Below are positions 62,773 to 63,221 of a stretch of 63,221 nt of DNA, one piece after another. The stretch comes from Nanobdellati archaeon. GTDB lineage: Archaea; Nanobdellota; Nanobdellia; Woesearchaeales; GCA-2686295. The notes below the pieces were generated by a model. It was not told where the DNA came from. It did no database searches and saw nothing but the letters and a program-made list of their open reading frames with translations. The stretch's first letter is position 1; every line of letters starts with the position of its first letter. The stretch covers positions 1-63,221 of the forward strand of contig JACNFY010000020.1 in the NCBI GenBank assembly GCA_014384375.1, in the 5' to 3' direction. Made by a program: the position numbers and the translations under genes.

Positions 62773-63221
62773 GATTCGCTCACATGGCTGACTGCCACAT
62801 TGGTGCGTGGCGGGATCCAAAACTCAAGAACCTTAGTATGAAGGCCTTTATTAAAGCAGTTGATATTTCTTTTGAGAGAAAAGTTGATTTCATCTTAATC
62901 TCAGGCGACTTGTTCAACACTTCCATGCCAGGAATAGATTATTTGAAAGAAACCACGAGAAAACTCAAAGAGATAAAAGAAAAAGATATTCCAGTGTATG
63001 TAATCCCTGGAAGCCATGATCAAAGTCCAAGCGGCAAGACAATGCTTGACGTGTTGGAAGAAGCAGGGTTACTTATCAATGTTTTCAAGGGAAGAGTTCA
63101 GGAGAAGAGATTAGTCCTTGATTTCACAGTTGACAAGAAGACAGGTGCTAAGATAACAGGTATTCTAGGAAGAAGAGGTATGCTTGATAGGAAATTCTAT
63201 GAACACCTTGCCAAAGCTAAT
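62769..63221 (+). CDS. mre11: Mre11 DNA double-strand-break repair nuclease (5' partial, runs off the window)
   Basis: Hand translation: MRFAHMADCHIGAWRD ... FILISGDLFN ... VYVIPGSHD (metallophosphoesterase motifs I-III). ATGA overlap with the HD gene stop. Open to the last base. Confidence 0.8.
   Translation, partial: MRFAHMADCHIGAWRDPKLKNLSMKAFIKAVDISFERKVDFILISGDLFNTSMPGIDYLKETTRKLKEIKEKDIPVYVIPGSHDQSPSGKTMLDVLEEAGLLINVFKGRVQEKRLVLDFTVDKKTGAKITGILGRRGMLDRKFYEHLAKAN

Noticed and set aside
1-63221. Mobile elements, prophage, CRISPR-Cas, toxin-antitoxin or known defence systems
   Set aside because: I recognised no transposase, integrase, capsid/terminase, cas or classical toxin motifs. The two RHH genes have no toxin partner.

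Overview
AT-rich (roughly one-third G+C by eye), gene-dense archaeal contig. Archaeal assignment rests on: a tRNA intron at the canonical 37/38 position with a bulge-helix-type fold; TTTATATA-type TATA boxes centred about 26 nt upstream of many start codons (leaderless mRNAs); a Sec11-type signal peptidase; a TrmB regulator; and Mre11. The small genes, giant surface proteins and patchy metabolism suggest a DPANN-like lineage, which is inference only. Three blocks are visible. (1) 0.1-17.7 kb holds nine radical-SAM (rSAM) genes: five with SPASM/twitch-like Cys motifs, three B12-binding class, one fused to a GT9 glycosyltransferase. It also holds two HxsD-like small genes, a GT2 and a GT-C membrane glycosyltransferase. 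I cannot map this block to a characterised pathway, and it is my best candidate for an undescribed system. (2) 17.6-35.9 kb is a cell-surface island. It has a 69-bp tandem repeat carrying four copies of a perfect 9-1-9 palindrome. It has two giant membrane-anchored proteins (about 1990 and 1328 aa) saturated with N-x-S/T sequons. Each giant gene is preceded by, and translationally coupled to, duplicated mini DNA-binding genes: a tandem-HTH protein for the first and two unannotated ribbon-helix-helix ORFs for the second. Several paralogous secreted beta-sandwich proteins sit between them. (3) 36-63 kb is mostly ordinary: a MoxR-DUF58-vWA operon, DUF212, an intron-containing tRNA-Thr(UGU), a ThiH-like rSAM, TrmB, a MacB-type ABC operon, a KaiC-like ATPase, MazG, an HD hydrolase and partial Mre11. 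Two parts of it stand out. One is a signal-peptidase plus Cys-rich-peptide module duplicated in inverted orientation around an Er-VIT1 iron exporter, with one peptidase copy reduced to a remnant. The other is a glycogen island with a eukaryote-type GT3 glycogen synthase, GH57 and a GT5/GT4 synthase-like enzyme. I recognised no rRNA, CRISPR array, transposase, integrase or reverse transcriptase.
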